Notes: generated from the letters alone by a model not told the origin. Shown: positions 1-9,359, numbered from the stretch's first letter. The stretch: DNA of 64,000 nt from a bacterium (GCA_010028705.1 RHAI01000002.1:580-64579), one strand, 5' to 3'. Numbers and translations: made by a program.

Positions 1-1283
1 GGAAATAGGGATTTAATTGTGGCTACATCGAGCGTTTTAGAGGCGAGTGATACATGGATGGTATTTGGGTCGAAAGTTAAATATCCCGTAGCCACAATCG
101 GTGAATTAGCAATCTGACATTTTATACTATGAATCGATAGCCGGGTATTGGGATGGTTAAGCAGTGGGAATAGTCTCGGCGCGACACCTTTGAAGCGATT
201 GGGAAGGCGATTCTTTAGCTCGCCGACGGAATGAATCGTCGCATAAATATGGCCCTCCGAATCGATGATCCCGGTGTCGACCATTGACTTGATCAGGTGA
301 ATCGGCGTCTCTGGATGATTCCCCAAATGCATCACTTGATCCGATTCGATATGATTATTTGCCATTGTAATCATTCCGGACATTTTTGTCGCGCTCGCTG
401 GAAAGATCGGCATGCTGAGTGTGGTATCTCTAATGTGGCCGACGAGGTCATACCAAAACGGAAATTCATGCTGATTCGGTAAGTATTTGCTGTGAATATG
501 GACTTCAGCATCGAGTGTCCCGCCCATGACCGAAAGACTAGGATTATCGATCATGTACGGGCCCCATTTGGTCAGATTAAGGTCCGAAATATTGATTCGG
601 TAATCCCATTGACCATTGGTTGAATTGAGATTGCCGATGATTCGAAACGGGGCTTTAGTCAGACCTAATTTTCCTGAAAATACCATTTTTGCATCGCGGA
701 TATCGTGAAAATCAACGACGCCAGCGAGATCAGTAACGTGATCGACAAACGCTGAATTCGGTTGTGAATTCCCCCATCCTTTTTCGTCTCTGATTTCGAT
801 CGTACTGTCGTCGATATAGATGCGGCCAGTAAATGATAATGGAGGGGCCTGAGGTTCAGGTGGCGGCAGGATCATTAAGACGTTCCATTGGTCGGTTTTT
901 GTCCGAAGCGTTGTAACCGCTAATTTTCGGATCGTTAGGGTGTGGGTGCCCGCTGCAAAATCGCCGTTGTGCGCCATGACTTTTATTAAGTTGTAACGAG
1001 CCGTCGCTTCGCCAATCAAGACTACAGTTCCAGGCCGGTTAAGTGATGGATGATTATAAAATCGAATGCCTTCGAAATGGGCGACTGAAACGATGTTGCC
1101 CGACATTCGATCAATTGTGACCCGTTGTTTAAATATTTTGGACAGTTCGTGTTCAACCACGAGTTTTGCTATTCCATATGGGGCGGTCCGTATAATTGCC
1201 CCAACCCCAAAAATGATCCCTGCAACAGCGGTTATGGTTGCGATAAGTCTGATTTGGCGCTGCAGTCGTAGTATATCTCTCAT
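1..1283 (-). CDS. Partial CDS (N-terminal ~427 codons; 3' end lies beyond the window start): membrane-anchored AsmA/TamB-like protein
   Basis: My manual reverse-complement translation gives a long stop-free frame beginning MRDILRLQRQIRLIATITAVAGIIFGVGAII..., i.e. an N-terminal signal-anchor followed by a long beta-rich periplasmic-looking sequence. The ATG at 1283..1281 overlaps the upstream gene's TGA stop as ATGA (1280-1283). It is absent from the ORF track presumably because it is incomplete. Translation was done by eye, so residue-level errors are possible. Confidence 0.4.
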   Translation of the reverse strand, partial: MRDILRLQRQIRLIATITAVAGIIFGVGAIIRTAPYGIAKLVVEHELSKIFKQRVTIDRMSGNIVSVAHFEGIRFYNHPSLNRPGTVVLIGEATARYNLIKVMAHNGDFAAGTHTLTIRKLAVTTLRTKTDQWNVLMILPPPEPQAPPLSFTGRIYIDDSTIEIRDEKGWGNSQPNSAFVDHVTDLAGVVDFHDIRDAKMVFSGKLGLTKAPFRIIGNLNSTNGQWDYRINISDLNLTKWGPYMIDNPSLSVMGGTLDAEVHIHSKYLPNQHEFPFWYDLVGHIRDTTLSMPIFPASATKMSGMITMANNHIESDQVMHLGNHPETPIHLIKSMVDTGIIDSEGHIYATIHSVGELKNRLPNRFKGVAPRLFPLLNHPNTRLSIHSIKCQIANSPIVATGYLTFDPNTIHVSLASKTLDVATIKSLF

Positions 1284-2386
1284 TGCTCAAATAGATCCCG
1301 TGCAGAGTGGATAATTTGACTCGCCGCGTGCTGAGGTAGAGGTTCCCGCAGCGGAGGCAATTTAAGTGTTTCCATCACTTTGAGTGCAACGGTACTTGGA
1401 TGGTTTGTATCGACATATATTAAGTTGTTTCCCAATAATTTTTTCTGCTCATTAAAGCGAATGGGTAAACTTTGTGGGCCGGATCCTGGAAACGCGACTA
1501 CCCGTTTTCCAAGCCATACAGCCTGTTCGTTGGCGGTGCCCGCAAGCCCAATTACGACATCAGCTGCCCGCACAGCCGATGAAAAAGTGTGGGTGAAAGA
1601 GATGGTAATTCCGCTGGGATTCACCCATCGGTTTGAGTGAGTTTCGGTGTAGTTATGGGCGATTAATATCGATTTGTGTGGGTGGGTGTCCATGCTTTTA
1701 CTGGTGCAAATCCAAGCAAAAATCGGTTGGGACATGTGGTCGAGAACCCGGAGTTCCAGTTCCAAATTTTGGCTGGATTCGGATCGCGAACCGGGTAATA
1801 GCGCTAAATGAATTCCGTTTATTTCGCGTCGGAGCGGAGGTAAGTCGAGGAGGCCATCCATCATAGGGTTCCCTAAGTAATTAGCTGGTAATTCTCGTTC
1901 GTTAAATCGTGATGCGGTGATAGCATCTCGTGGGAATATTCGGTCGGCTAAACGTCGAATTATCCAGTATTCCAATGGCGTGTGTGGCATGAATAGGTCG
2001 CTTTTTGCCGTAGGTAGAAAAATGGCGGGCAATTTTTTTCCAGCGGTCGCTTGGATTAGGCAAAACACGTCTCCAACGGCCACGATGCCATGGCAGTGCG
2101 ATGCGGTCTGCGATATGATTCGTCGTTGACGCAGGCACGTGGCTACAATTCCGTTACGTAAATCACCAACGACATCACGCAATCGGCGCATGATTCCACC
2201 ACTGGGTGGAATGGGCGACGTTCCCACCCGATCAATTTGGTGTTCTAAATATGCAAAACCGGCCCCGACTAGCGGAAATGCTATGGGATAAAACCCGATC
2301 GATTTGGCAGCTAATGCGATATGTGCGCCGATAAGGTCCTCACCATATCCGTTCGACACAAAAAGGAGCGAGGGTGAGGTCGTCAT
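1280..2386 (-). CDS. Lipid-A-disaccharide synthase-like glycosyltransferase (GT19 / LpxB family)
   Basis: 368 aa. N-terminus LLFVSNGYGEDLIGAHIALAAK resembles the LpxB N-terminal G-rich donor-binding motif. Size and a C-terminal GT-B-like half are also consistent. The assignment is from memory of the family, not a database hit. Confidence 0.5.
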   Translation of the reverse strand: MTTSPSLLFVSNGYGEDLIGAHIALAAKSIGFYPIAFPLVGAGFAYLEHQIDRVGTSPIPPSGGIMRRLRDVVGDLRNGIVATCLRQRRIISQTASHCHGIVAVGDVFCLIQATAGKKLPAIFLPTAKSDLFMPHTPLEYWIIRRLADRIFPRDAITASRFNERELPANYLGNPMMDGLLDLPPLRREINGIHLALLPGSRSESSQNLELELRVLDHMSQPIFAWICTSKSMDTHPHKSILIAHNYTETHSNRWVNPSGITISFTHTFSSAVRAADVVIGLAGTANEQAVWLGKRVVAFPGSGPQSLPIRFNEQKKLLGNNLIYVDTNHPSTVALKVMETLKLPPLREPLPQHAASQIIHSARDLFEQ

Positions 2387-2510
2387 CGAGAGGGTGGGTA
2401 TGAGGTGATACCCGTGAGCAATAGGGCTGATGCCGCGTGGCTAACCGGGGACGGCGTCATAGCCAATTCCCCGTCTGAGGGCGGGTTTGGAAAAAGCGTG
2501 GCCCAACAAT

Positions 2511-3239
2511 TTATTTTCCGATTGAAATCAATTCCACTTCGAATATAAGTGTCGAGTTTGGCCCAATCAATCCCGCTCCGGATTCGCCGTAGGCCAGTTC
2601 GGAAGGAATATAAAATTCAAACTTGTCGCCTGTTTTCATAAGTTGAAGACCTTCCGTCCAACCGCGTATCACACCATTTAATGGGAACGACGCGGGTTGG
2701 TTACGTTTATACGAACTGTCGAATTCGGTACCATCGATTAAGGTCCCTCTGTAATGGACGGTGACTGTATCCGATGCTTTCGGAGATTTTCGGTTTTTTT
2801 CGGTTCCAGACGAAATTACTTTGTATTGGAGACCGCTCGATGTGCTTTTTACCCCTGATTTTGTTTTGTTTTGTGTCATGAATCGACGACCTGAGTCTAA
2901 GTTTTTGTCTCCGGCCTCCCTCATTTCAGCGTCACGGCGAGATTGCATTTCGGATTGAAATGCGGCAATTACATCTTGTTTTTCTTGATCGGTTAACTTG
3001 CCTTTGCCGGCAATGGCATCTCGGAATCCATCGGCGATAACATTGCCATCAAATTCTGTTCGGTTTTTAAAGGATTCTGCGATAGTCATCCCTACGGCAT
3101 AGCTTCGTTTTTCAATGTCTGATTTAAACATACTGTTACCTACTTCTGTATTCGATTTCGATGTAACGATCGATTGTTCCGCAACCGTTGGTACAGTAAT
3201 AAGGGTAAGGGCTAGGGCTCCGGCGATAATCGATTTCAT
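2511..3239 (-). CDS. fkpA: FKBP-type peptidyl-prolyl cis-trans isomerase (FkpA-like, periplasmic)
   Basis: Signal peptide MKSIIAGALALTLITVPTVA. Helical N-terminal dimerisation region. The C-terminal FKBP domain reads VTVHYRGTLIDGTEFDSS...GVIRGWTEGLQLMKTGDKFEFYIPSELAYGESGAG..STLIFEVELISIG. Confidence 0.85.
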   Translation of the reverse strand: MKSIIAGALALTLITVPTVAEQSIVTSKSNTEVGNSMFKSDIEKRSYAVGMTIAESFKNRTEFDGNVIADGFRDAIAGKGKLTDQEKQDVIAAFQSEMQSRRDAEMREAGDKNLDSGRRFMTQNKTKSGVKSTSSGLQYKVISSGTEKNRKSPKASDTVTVHYRGTLIDGTEFDSSYKRNQPASFPLNGVIRGWTEGLQLMKTGDKFEFYIPSELAYGESGAGLIGPNSTLIFEVELISIGK

Positions 3240-3373
3240 GGTGCTCCTTTGATTGGGAAATTCATTTTTTATTCAAAAAAACAACGATATGTTAGCACGA
3301 ATTCATCGTCAGCCATACTTTAATTTTAGAAAAATAAATTGATTGTTATTAGAAAATAATATAATTTTTATAA

Positions 3374-4060
3374 ATGTCACAATGTAAAATAATATTAAAA
3401 AATGACTCTCTGATCGTGGTTGAAATCCAAAAAGAATATGTGCTGGCGGATTTGATGCACGAGTCGGAGGCACTATCGGAATGGATGAATGATGTTGATG
3501 GTCAGCGGGTGTGCTTAGATATTTCTCGTGAGGCGTGTCATCGTCAACGTCGCTCCCGATGGGGTACCTCCTTTCATGTCCAAGTTCCTGATACCAGTGT
3601 GTACTTTCCAATTTTAGATTTATTTGATCGTAATGGAATTACTATCTCTAAAGTACTCCTTGGCGGTCGGAGTCCGTTCTATCCGTGGAATCGATTCATA
3701 GAGTGTGTGGCGCTCGGGGTCGGATTTATTGCCATGGGGGCTTCAATTTTTTGCTATACATCGTTGAATCAGTTAGACAATCGCGTCACATTGAAGCGCG
3801 CGGCACGCGATCGATTCGAAGCAAATAATCGTCATGTGATTTATCGGAATCACGAATTGCTGCATCGAATTGGGGTGGGTGCGGGATGGATTCAATCCCA
3901 TTATGGGGTGGTGCTAGCGATCCGGGCGACTCCAAAAATGACTGAGATTGCCGCCCTTTTTCCGTCCAATGAGGGTGTTGATAGCGATTCAAATTGGAGA
4001 TGTCAGAGTCGGGGGCTGTCTAGCGACTGGAACTATGTAGATGCTTCATCGATGGAGTGA
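3374..4060 (+). CDS. Hypothetical bitopic membrane protein (PilN/GspL-like?), first gene of the secretin module
   Basis: 228 aa with a single central TM helix (CVALGVGFIAMGASIFCY) followed by a ~100-aa periplasmic-type region. The start is uncertain: the first ~25 codons are very AT-rich, and an alternative Met at about 3454 is possible. Gene order hyp-hyp-secretin with 4-20 nt overlaps. Confidence 0.4.
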   Translation: MSQCKIILKNDSLIVVEIQKEYVLADLMHESEALSEWMNDVDGQRVCLDISREACHRQRRSRWGTSFHVQVPDTSVYFPILDLFDRNGITISKVLLGGRSPFYPWNRFIECVALGVGFIAMGASIFCYTSLNQLDNRVTLKRAARDRFEANNRHVIYRNHELLHRIGVGAGWIQSHYGVVLAIRATPKMTEIAALFPSNEGVDSDSNWRCQSRGLSSDWNYVDASSME

Positions 4061-4433
4061 TCCGTTCAGTGAAGATGTTTTTTTTCGCCATTTTGGGTTT
4101 TGTATTCTGGGTGCGATGGTCGTGTGTGCTGTCACCTTGGTTCCCCAGCTCATCCGCCGGAATAAACTCCAGTTTGAATATGCTCAGCTGATGCAGTCAG
4201 GTCGTGACCGTTCGGCACGCGGAGGAGTGGATTCAATAATCGATCGATTGGGACCCGCTGGGCAGGTGGTAGCGACAGATAATTGTATCCAAATCAGAAA
4301 TGGCTCACCTGACCGATGGGTGGAGATGCTGGCTGACATTCCGATCGAAGTACCTGTGTTGGCGGCTGATATAACTCTCGGGGACGGCATCTATACACTG
4401 ACTCTTCGACTAAGTTCTGCCAATGCTGACTAA
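4041..4433 (+). CDS. Hypothetical bitopic membrane protein (PilO/GspM-like?)
   Basis: 130 aa. N-terminal TM (FGFCILGAMVVCAVTLVPQLI) followed by a short helical then beta-rich C-terminus (ITLGDGIYTLTLRLSSA). This resembles the GspM/PilO topology. Overlaps both neighbours. Confidence 0.4.
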   Translation: MLHRWSDPFSEDVFFRHFGFCILGAMVVCAVTLVPQLIRRNKLQFEYAQLMQSGRDRSARGGVDSIIDRLGPAGQVVATDNCIQIRNGSPDRWVEMLADIPIEVPVLAADITLGDGIYTLTLRLSSANAD

Positions 4434-5451
4434 GTGTGCGATCGGTGCGCTAATCGGATTAGTAGGGTTCCAAGTCGGGTTGTATTCGGCTCCGTATCGT
4501 GGGGCCTTTGACTTGGACCGATTACGCGACGCGTTGCGGGTGCCGCCCCCATCGCCGGTCGCGCCAGTTTCTGATGGACTACCTCGAGCCGAACGGTTTG
4601 CTCAGGTCTTTGGCCAGTATCCGGTGCAATTTGTGCATCCCAATGACGTCAAACAACTCTTGAGTGAGCTGTTTCCAGATTCAAAATTTGTGGCTGATGT
4701 TAGGAACCGTCGGGTGTATTACCAGGTGGTTGCGTCAGATGAAGGGACGATCCGTGGCGCAATATCGTCGATTGACCATGAGCCCAATCAAATTCAAATC
4801 GAGGTGCAAATTATTGAAACCAGTGACGAATTTTCGGAATCACTTAAACGTTGGTTGGCCAATTTGAATACTCCGATTCAATGGTCGATTGATTTGACAC
4901 AGTATGCGGTGATGCCCGACACGGCCATCAGTGGATTTTTGGAATCGTTAAAAAACTCCGGACGGGCAAGTCTTTTAGCCCAACCGTCGATTACGGCATT
5001 GGATAATCAAACAGCGATAGTCAGAGTAGGTGAAAAAATACCGTTTTTGACCACTGTGGTGTCGGATCGAACGACATCCCTTCAGGTTAATAATGCGGAG
5101 ACAGGAATTTCGCTTGAGGTGACTCCACAGGTATCGACCCAAAATTTTGTGCAGGTGGATTTCAAGATTTGTGTCGATAACATTAAGCGATATCGTGAAT
5201 TGTCTGGGAATCAATATCCCGTCGTCACGCATCGATTAGCACAAAGTCGTGTTGGAATTCCAAGCGGTCAGACATTAGTTATAGCGGGGCTGATCGATAA
5301 TGAACAAAAATCCAGTCGGACAAGCGTGCCCGGTTTAGATGGGGTTCCGATTGTGGGGGAGCTGTTTTCAACCACAACGAAGGAGATGGTAACCAACAAC
5401 GTCGTCGTATTTATCACGCCGAAAATTATGAAGCCTGCCACCCGAAAATAA
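4423..5451 (+). CDS. Minimal secretin (type II/III secretion system / PilQ family), 342 aa
   Basis: N-terminal signal. One N-type domain (VQFVHPNDVKQLLSELFP...RVYYQVVASDEGTIRGAISSID). Then the canonical secretin domain beginning QIQIEVQIIETSDEF and ending GQTLVIAGLIDNEQKSSRTSVPGLDGVPIVGELFSTTTKEMVTNNVVVFITPKIM. Confidence 0.8.
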   Translation: MLTKCAIGALIGLVGFQVGLYSAPYRGAFDLDRLRDALRVPPPSPVAPVSDGLPRAERFAQVFGQYPVQFVHPNDVKQLLSELFPDSKFVADVRNRRVYYQVVASDEGTIRGAISSIDHEPNQIQIEVQIIETSDEFSESLKRWLANLNTPIQWSIDLTQYAVMPDTAISGFLESLKNSGRASLLAQPSITALDNQTAIVRVGEKIPFLTTVVSDRTTSLQVNNAETGISLEVTPQVSTQNFVQVDFKICVDNIKRYRELSGNQYPVVTHRLAQSRVGIPSGQTLVIAGLIDNEQKSSRTSVPGLDGVPIVGELFSTTTKEMVTNNVVVFITPKIMKPATRK

Positions 5452-5503
5452 AAAAAGGGAAGCTCTCAGATAGGGGGGGGATCTCCGAGAGCTTCCCTTT
5501 TTT
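5452..5503. terminator. Bidirectional rho-independent terminator
   Basis: aaaaaaGGGAAGCTCTCagataggggggggatctccGAGAGCTTCCCtttttt. An 11-bp GC-rich stem flanked by an A-tract and a T-tract, immediately after the secretin stop. Confidence 0.6.
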
Positions 5504-5726
5504 CTCCATCCAAATAAAACAAATTGTGGGTTGGAGAATAGAGTCTTATCTTTTGTGATTGCGTATAACAAATCTGTGAAGATAGTATTAAGGTATCAGC
5601 TGCTCACCCGGATGTAAAGGCGGAAAAAACATTTTTAGCAACGCTCGATCCTATTTCATTTCAACACCGACAACCCAACCCGTAATTGACGTATTATCCA
5701 ATTATTTTAAACGAGGAGATATTCAT

Positions 5727-6518
5727 GTGGACCGGATTCTTAAATCCGGCGGAGTGTGGCTCGATAATCAGCGTGTATACTCTCGTGATACAGTTATTTT
5801 GTCCGGTAAGACCCTCAAGGTTTTCATCAGTCCTACCCAAGACGTTCGATACGTGTTACCGGACTACTCGGTGGTCGATGAGACCGTTGATTGGATTGTT
5901 GTGCTAAAACCTAGAGGTTTATCCACGGTGCCTGATCGGGCATGCGAACGGTTTAATTTGACCGCTGCGGTCGAGTCGTATCTCAAAACCAAGGGGATAG
6001 GGTATGTGCCGACAGCGATTTCGCGTTTGGACTTGATGGTAGGTGGAATTGTAATTTTCCCTAAGCATAAACTAGCCGAGAAACGGTTGTTTGAAATGAT
6101 GCGCACCCATCAGATAGTCAAACGGTATCGAATGAAAATTTCTCGACCGGTTGAAGGCTGTATCAAAAATGTTGTGCTTCCGGTTGATTTTAATAGAAAA
6201 GCGATTGTTTGTGACCATGGGAAGCCCAGTCGGACCATTTTTATTCGTGATCAGCGGTTCGACAATGAATGGGTGGCCATTCCTGTCACTGGTCGCAGAC
6301 ACCAGATTCGTTTACACGCCGCGACAGTGTTGAGTCCGATTTTGGGGGACACGATGTACGGCGGACGACGTGCGAGCGAATTTGGATTGACCGCCACCGG
6401 ATTGAATTTTAATTGGGACGGTCACCGAGTTCGAGTGCGCTTTTCTGGTCCTGTCGACTCTATTCGTCAGGTGGAAGGTGCAATTGTTGGACCGGGTGTT
6501 CAGCCGGTTCCAGAGTAA
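5727..6518 (+). CDS. RluA-family pseudouridine synthase with N-terminal S4-like domain
   Basis: S4-like N-terminus (ILKSGGVWLDNQRVYSRDTVI). Catalytic region VVLKPRGLSTVPDRA...HQIRLHAATVLSPILGDTMYGG is typical of RluC/RluD-type enzymes. Confidence 0.8.
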   Translation: MDRILKSGGVWLDNQRVYSRDTVILSGKTLKVFISPTQDVRYVLPDYSVVDETVDWIVVLKPRGLSTVPDRACERFNLTAAVESYLKTKGIGYVPTAISRLDLMVGGIVIFPKHKLAEKRLFEMMRTHQIVKRYRMKISRPVEGCIKNVVLPVDFNRKAIVCDHGKPSRTIFIRDQRFDNEWVAIPVTGRRHQIRLHAATVLSPILGDTMYGGRRASEFGLTATGLNFNWDGHRVRVRFSGPVDSIRQVEGAIVGPGVQPVPE

Positions 6519-7212
6519 TGACTGATAGAGTTCTGTTTTGAATTATCGCATCACGACGGCGTGCGATGCCGTTATTTATGGTTGAATCTATCACAGCGGC
6601 GACTCCTATATTATGGGTGGCTGCCCATTGATTGAGTAGAAATGCGTGATTAACTGTATCGCCGATTACGTCGAGTTGGGCATAATCGCCGTACCCAATT
6701 CGGCCCAAATAAATGGGCCCCTGTTGGAGCGACACCGTCAGTCCCGGCAGTAATTCCAAACGGTTCAGCTGTATGGCCGCATCCCACGCACGTTGCACAT
6801 AATTGAATCCTGAGAAATAGGCCAGAAATCCGTCGCCCAAATATTTTACGGGCACACCACTATAATTTAATATCACTCGGGTTATACTGTGAAACATCCC
6901 GTTCAAAATGACCGCTACTTCGTCGGGAAATAACGTCGCCGCACGCTGCGCGAACCCTCGTACACTTGATGCAAGCACCACACCGGGAAATGTGCTTTGA
7001 ACTGGTACTCCGTCCCGAAGTAGGGTATCCAGGGAGACCTGTAAGACGGTGCTCAGCAGTGGGAGAACGGATAAGTCCGGCGCGTTCATTCCTCGTTCCC
7101 ATTTTGATACAGCTTGAGGCGAAATGTGTAGTGAGTTTGCCAATTGAAGTTGGCTTAGATTCATTGATTCTCGGAGTTTTCGAATCCGTATTCCTAGTCC
7201 CACTAAATTCAT
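6460..7212 (-). CDS. HTH-XRE DNA-binding domain fused to a class III adenylyl/guanylyl cyclase (CHD) domain
   Basis: MNLVGLGIRIRKLRESMNLSQLQLANSLHISPQAVSKWERG is a Cro/C1-type HTH. The C-terminal part (KYLGDGFLAYFSG...YAQLDVIGDTVNHAFLLNQWA) matches the cyclase homology domain. I chose the start at ATG 7212, which has an AGGA ribosome-binding site. The ORF-track start at 7305 would read through a T-tract hairpin. Confidence 0.7.
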   Translation of the reverse strand: MNLVGLGIRIRKLRESMNLSQLQLANSLHISPQAVSKWERGMNAPDLSVLPLLSTVLQVSLDTLLRDGVPVQSTFPGVVLASSVRGFAQRAATLFPDEVAVILNGMFHSITRVILNYSGVPVKYLGDGFLAYFSGFNYVQRAWDAAIQLNRLELLPGLTVSLQQGPIYLGRIGYGDYAQLDVIGDTVNHAFLLNQWAATHNIGVAAVIDSTINNGIARRRDAIIQNRTLSVITLEPAEHPVQQLHLPPDE

Positions 7213-7253
7213 AATATCCTGATAGTTTATGCGAACCGGGATAATAAAAAAAG

Positions 7254-7283
7254 CGCCGGTCAATGGAATGCTTTCGACCGGCG
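7254..7283 (-). promoter_or_regulatory. Terminator-like hairpin plus U-tract in the 5' leader of the HTH-cyclase gene
   Basis: On the minus strand, an 8-bp stem CGCCGGUC/GACCGGCG with a 14-nt loop is followed by UUUUUUUU. It lies ~35 nt upstream of the ATG at 7212. Possibly an attenuator. Confidence 0.35.
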
Positions 7284-7437
7284 ATTTTAACTCGGAGTCC
7301 CCCACCCTAGCGATCTGTTTGTTTCCCGAATGGCTGACTTATTAAACATCATGTTTTTTTGATAAGGTCGTTGGGGTCACACTCAACGACTGGGAATTTT
7401 TTTGAAATTTTTTTTGAAATAATTTCGATAACATAAT

Positions 7438-7899
7438 GTGAAACTGTTTAATTGGGGTATCGTTGTTGGGGTTCTTGTGATGTGTGCCGGTTGCGGTCAA
7501 TTAACACGGTTGACCGGGGACAATGGCACGTCGTCGACTCATCCGAGTACGTTGGATGGTTTGGATAAGGTCCAGTGGCTTGCGGAGGCACAGGCACGCC
7601 GCTTCGTGCGGATTTCGGCGATAACCGATTCCCCGACACCGATTGTTCTTGAAACGGGTGCCAGCCCACTGTATGGCTCAATTAACTACTATGACTCAAG
7701 TAATCGCGAATTGGACTCGGAACCATTGGGGATTGTTCAATCGATTCGAACGATTTCGCTATCGTCTAATACCCCTTTTGAGCAATTAATTACGCTGTAC
7801 CAATGTCCTAACGATGCGGCGTTTGCGGTGATCACGATTGGCTACTCTGTGGATAGTCAATGGGTGACCGAGGCAGTTCGAGTGGGCTTCGCCGACTAG
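7438..7899 (+). CDS. Hypothetical lipoprotein
   Basis: Signal peptide with lipobox LVMCAGC-G. 153 aa. No recognisable domain. Confidence 0.5.
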   Translation: MKLFNWGIVVGVLVMCAGCGQLTRLTGDNGTSSTHPSTLDGLDKVQWLAEAQARRFVRISAITDSPTPIVLETGASPLYGSINYYDSSNRELDSEPLGIVQSIRTISLSSNTPFEQLITLYQCPNDAAFAVITIGYSVDSQWVTEAVRVGFAD

Positions 7900-7911
7900 G
7901 TCTAGTCCGGG

Positions 7912-8445
7912 TTATCGACGGCGCCACACCTCAAATTGAACCGAATACCCCTCGGGTACGTTGATGATTCCGGTCTGTTGGGTGACGCGAAATTGGCTGG
8001 GAATCTCTGGAAAAAAGCAATCACATTCTGTCGTCGTAATGACTCTTGTGAGGTAAATACTGTCGAGCTTGTGGTGCAGCAATGCCGACTGATACAGCTG
8101 AGTGCCCCCGATCACAAATACTCGATGCACCGTGCGGTCTAATGAAATATGGGATAGTGCCTGTTCCAGGCTTGGGAAGCATGAAATATTGTGTGACGGG
8201 TAGTTTCTATTTTGGGTGATGACAACATTCATCCGACCGGGTAACGGCCGTACTGATTTAGGAAGTGATTCATAAGTATTTCGCCCCATGATAACGACGT
8301 TGTATTTTTCGGGAGGCGCCCACGAGGTCATGGTTTTGAAAAACTCTAAATCCGATCGAATGGACCAAGGTAATCGATTTTTGACGCCAATGCCGTTGCC
8401 AAGGTCAGTGGCAACGATAATACTAAAGTGACTCGGTGCGATCAC
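7912..8445 (-). CDS. folA: Dihydrofolate reductase
   Basis: IVATDLGNGIGVKNRLPWSIRSDLEFFKTMT...VVIMGRNTYESLP...RPLPGRMNVVITQN matches the DHFR signature (LPW...DL..F...T, IMGRKT.ES, PLPGR.N.V.T). Confidence 0.85.
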   Translation of the reverse strand: MIAPSHFSIIVATDLGNGIGVKNRLPWSIRSDLEFFKTMTSWAPPEKYNVVIMGRNTYESLPKSVRPLPGRMNVVITQNRNYPSHNISCFPSLEQALSHISLDRTVHRVFVIGGTQLYQSALLHHKLDSIYLTRVITTTECDCFFPEIPSQFRVTQQTGIINVPEGYSVQFEVWRRR

Positions 8446-9359
8446 GAGGCCTGAATATTATGCAGGGCGATTAGCAGTGTATCCCCAGGTCGAACGGATT
8501 CCCGAAATACAACCTTTTTAGTCCCGCGAAATACGCCCTTCCCATCGATGATTTCGGTTACAAATTCTTTAATATCGGCGATCAGGGCACCGTCGGACCG
8601 AATAATTTGGCAATCGCCGGTAACGTGTCCATTTAATAGGATTGGGCCAAGTCCGGCCGTAACAGTATCTTCAATTCCGAGAATTTGCATCACCCCCATC
8701 ATAATCGGGGTGTGAGGAAAGTGCCCTTTGGTTAGTGGATGGGTTGGGGGATATGTATATTTTCCAACCAGTCGGGTGTCGCCGAAGGGACGAACAATTT
8801 CATCGCAAACGACCATGTCCGACACTTTATTGAACCGGGTTTTATCGACTGGAATAGACGTTGTACATTCTGGCAACTCTACTAATTTTGGGGCTCCAGG
8901 TTCATCGGCAAGGACTATTTTTGGAATGATGAATGCCATTAATTCGCTGTCGGCGATGATTCCGGCATTCGATTCGACAACCCCCCGGCAACGGACAAAA
9001 TTGCCTTTATCTTTTAATTTGGTAACTGTTCCAAATAGCGGGGATTCAACGGAAGGTTTACGATGAATGACGAAATTACTAATTGACGCAAAAATGATCA
9101 CTGAATCATCGGGATAGTCGGTACAGACGATTGATGCAAGTGCTAAAATCTCGACTAAAAGTGTCGGAATGAGGGCGGATTGGGAATCGACGGTTTCTAG
9201 GAAAATATCTCTGGGTTGTTGTTGCCCGAATTGAACGGAAAATCGGCCCACGGTGGTGTCGTCAATTTTTTCACATTCGACATGGTCAAGGAGCATATTT
9301 TCGTGTCGATGAGGTATGCGTGCTTCGATGCCAACACGGTCGAAATGGGTGATTGTCAT
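8442..9359 (-). CDS. Tandem hotdog-fold FabA/FabZ-like dehydratase. The first domain lacks the catalytic His; the second carries it.
   Basis: Domain 1 has IPHRHENMLLDHV (compare FabZ PHRYPFLLVDRV) but FLETVDSQSALIPTLLVEILAL instead of GHFP...PVMPG. Domain 2 has GHFPHTPIMMGVMQILGIEDT...VRPGDTLL. 4-nt overlap with folA. Confidence 0.6.
   Translation of the reverse strand: MTITHFDRVGIEARIPHRHENMLLDHVECEKIDDTTVGRFSVQFGQQQPRDIFLETVDSQSALIPTLLVEILALASIVCTDYPDDSVIIFASISNFVIHRKPSVESPLFGTVTKLKDKGNFVRCRGVVESNAGIIADSELMAFIIPKIVLADEPGAPKLVELPECTTSIPVDKTRFNKVSDMVVCDEIVRPFGDTRLVGKYTYPPTHPLTKGHFPHTPIMMGVMQILGIEDTVTAGLGPILLNGHVTGDCQIIRSDGALIADIKEFVTEIIDGKGVFRGTKKVVFRESVRPGDTLLIALHNIQAS

Noticed and set aside
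2387-2510. Possible riboswitch/sRNA in the 124-nt GC-rich spacer upstream of the lpxB-like gene
   Set aside because: It contains short GC stems but no recognisable riboswitch consensus and no T-tract. This is insufficient evidence.
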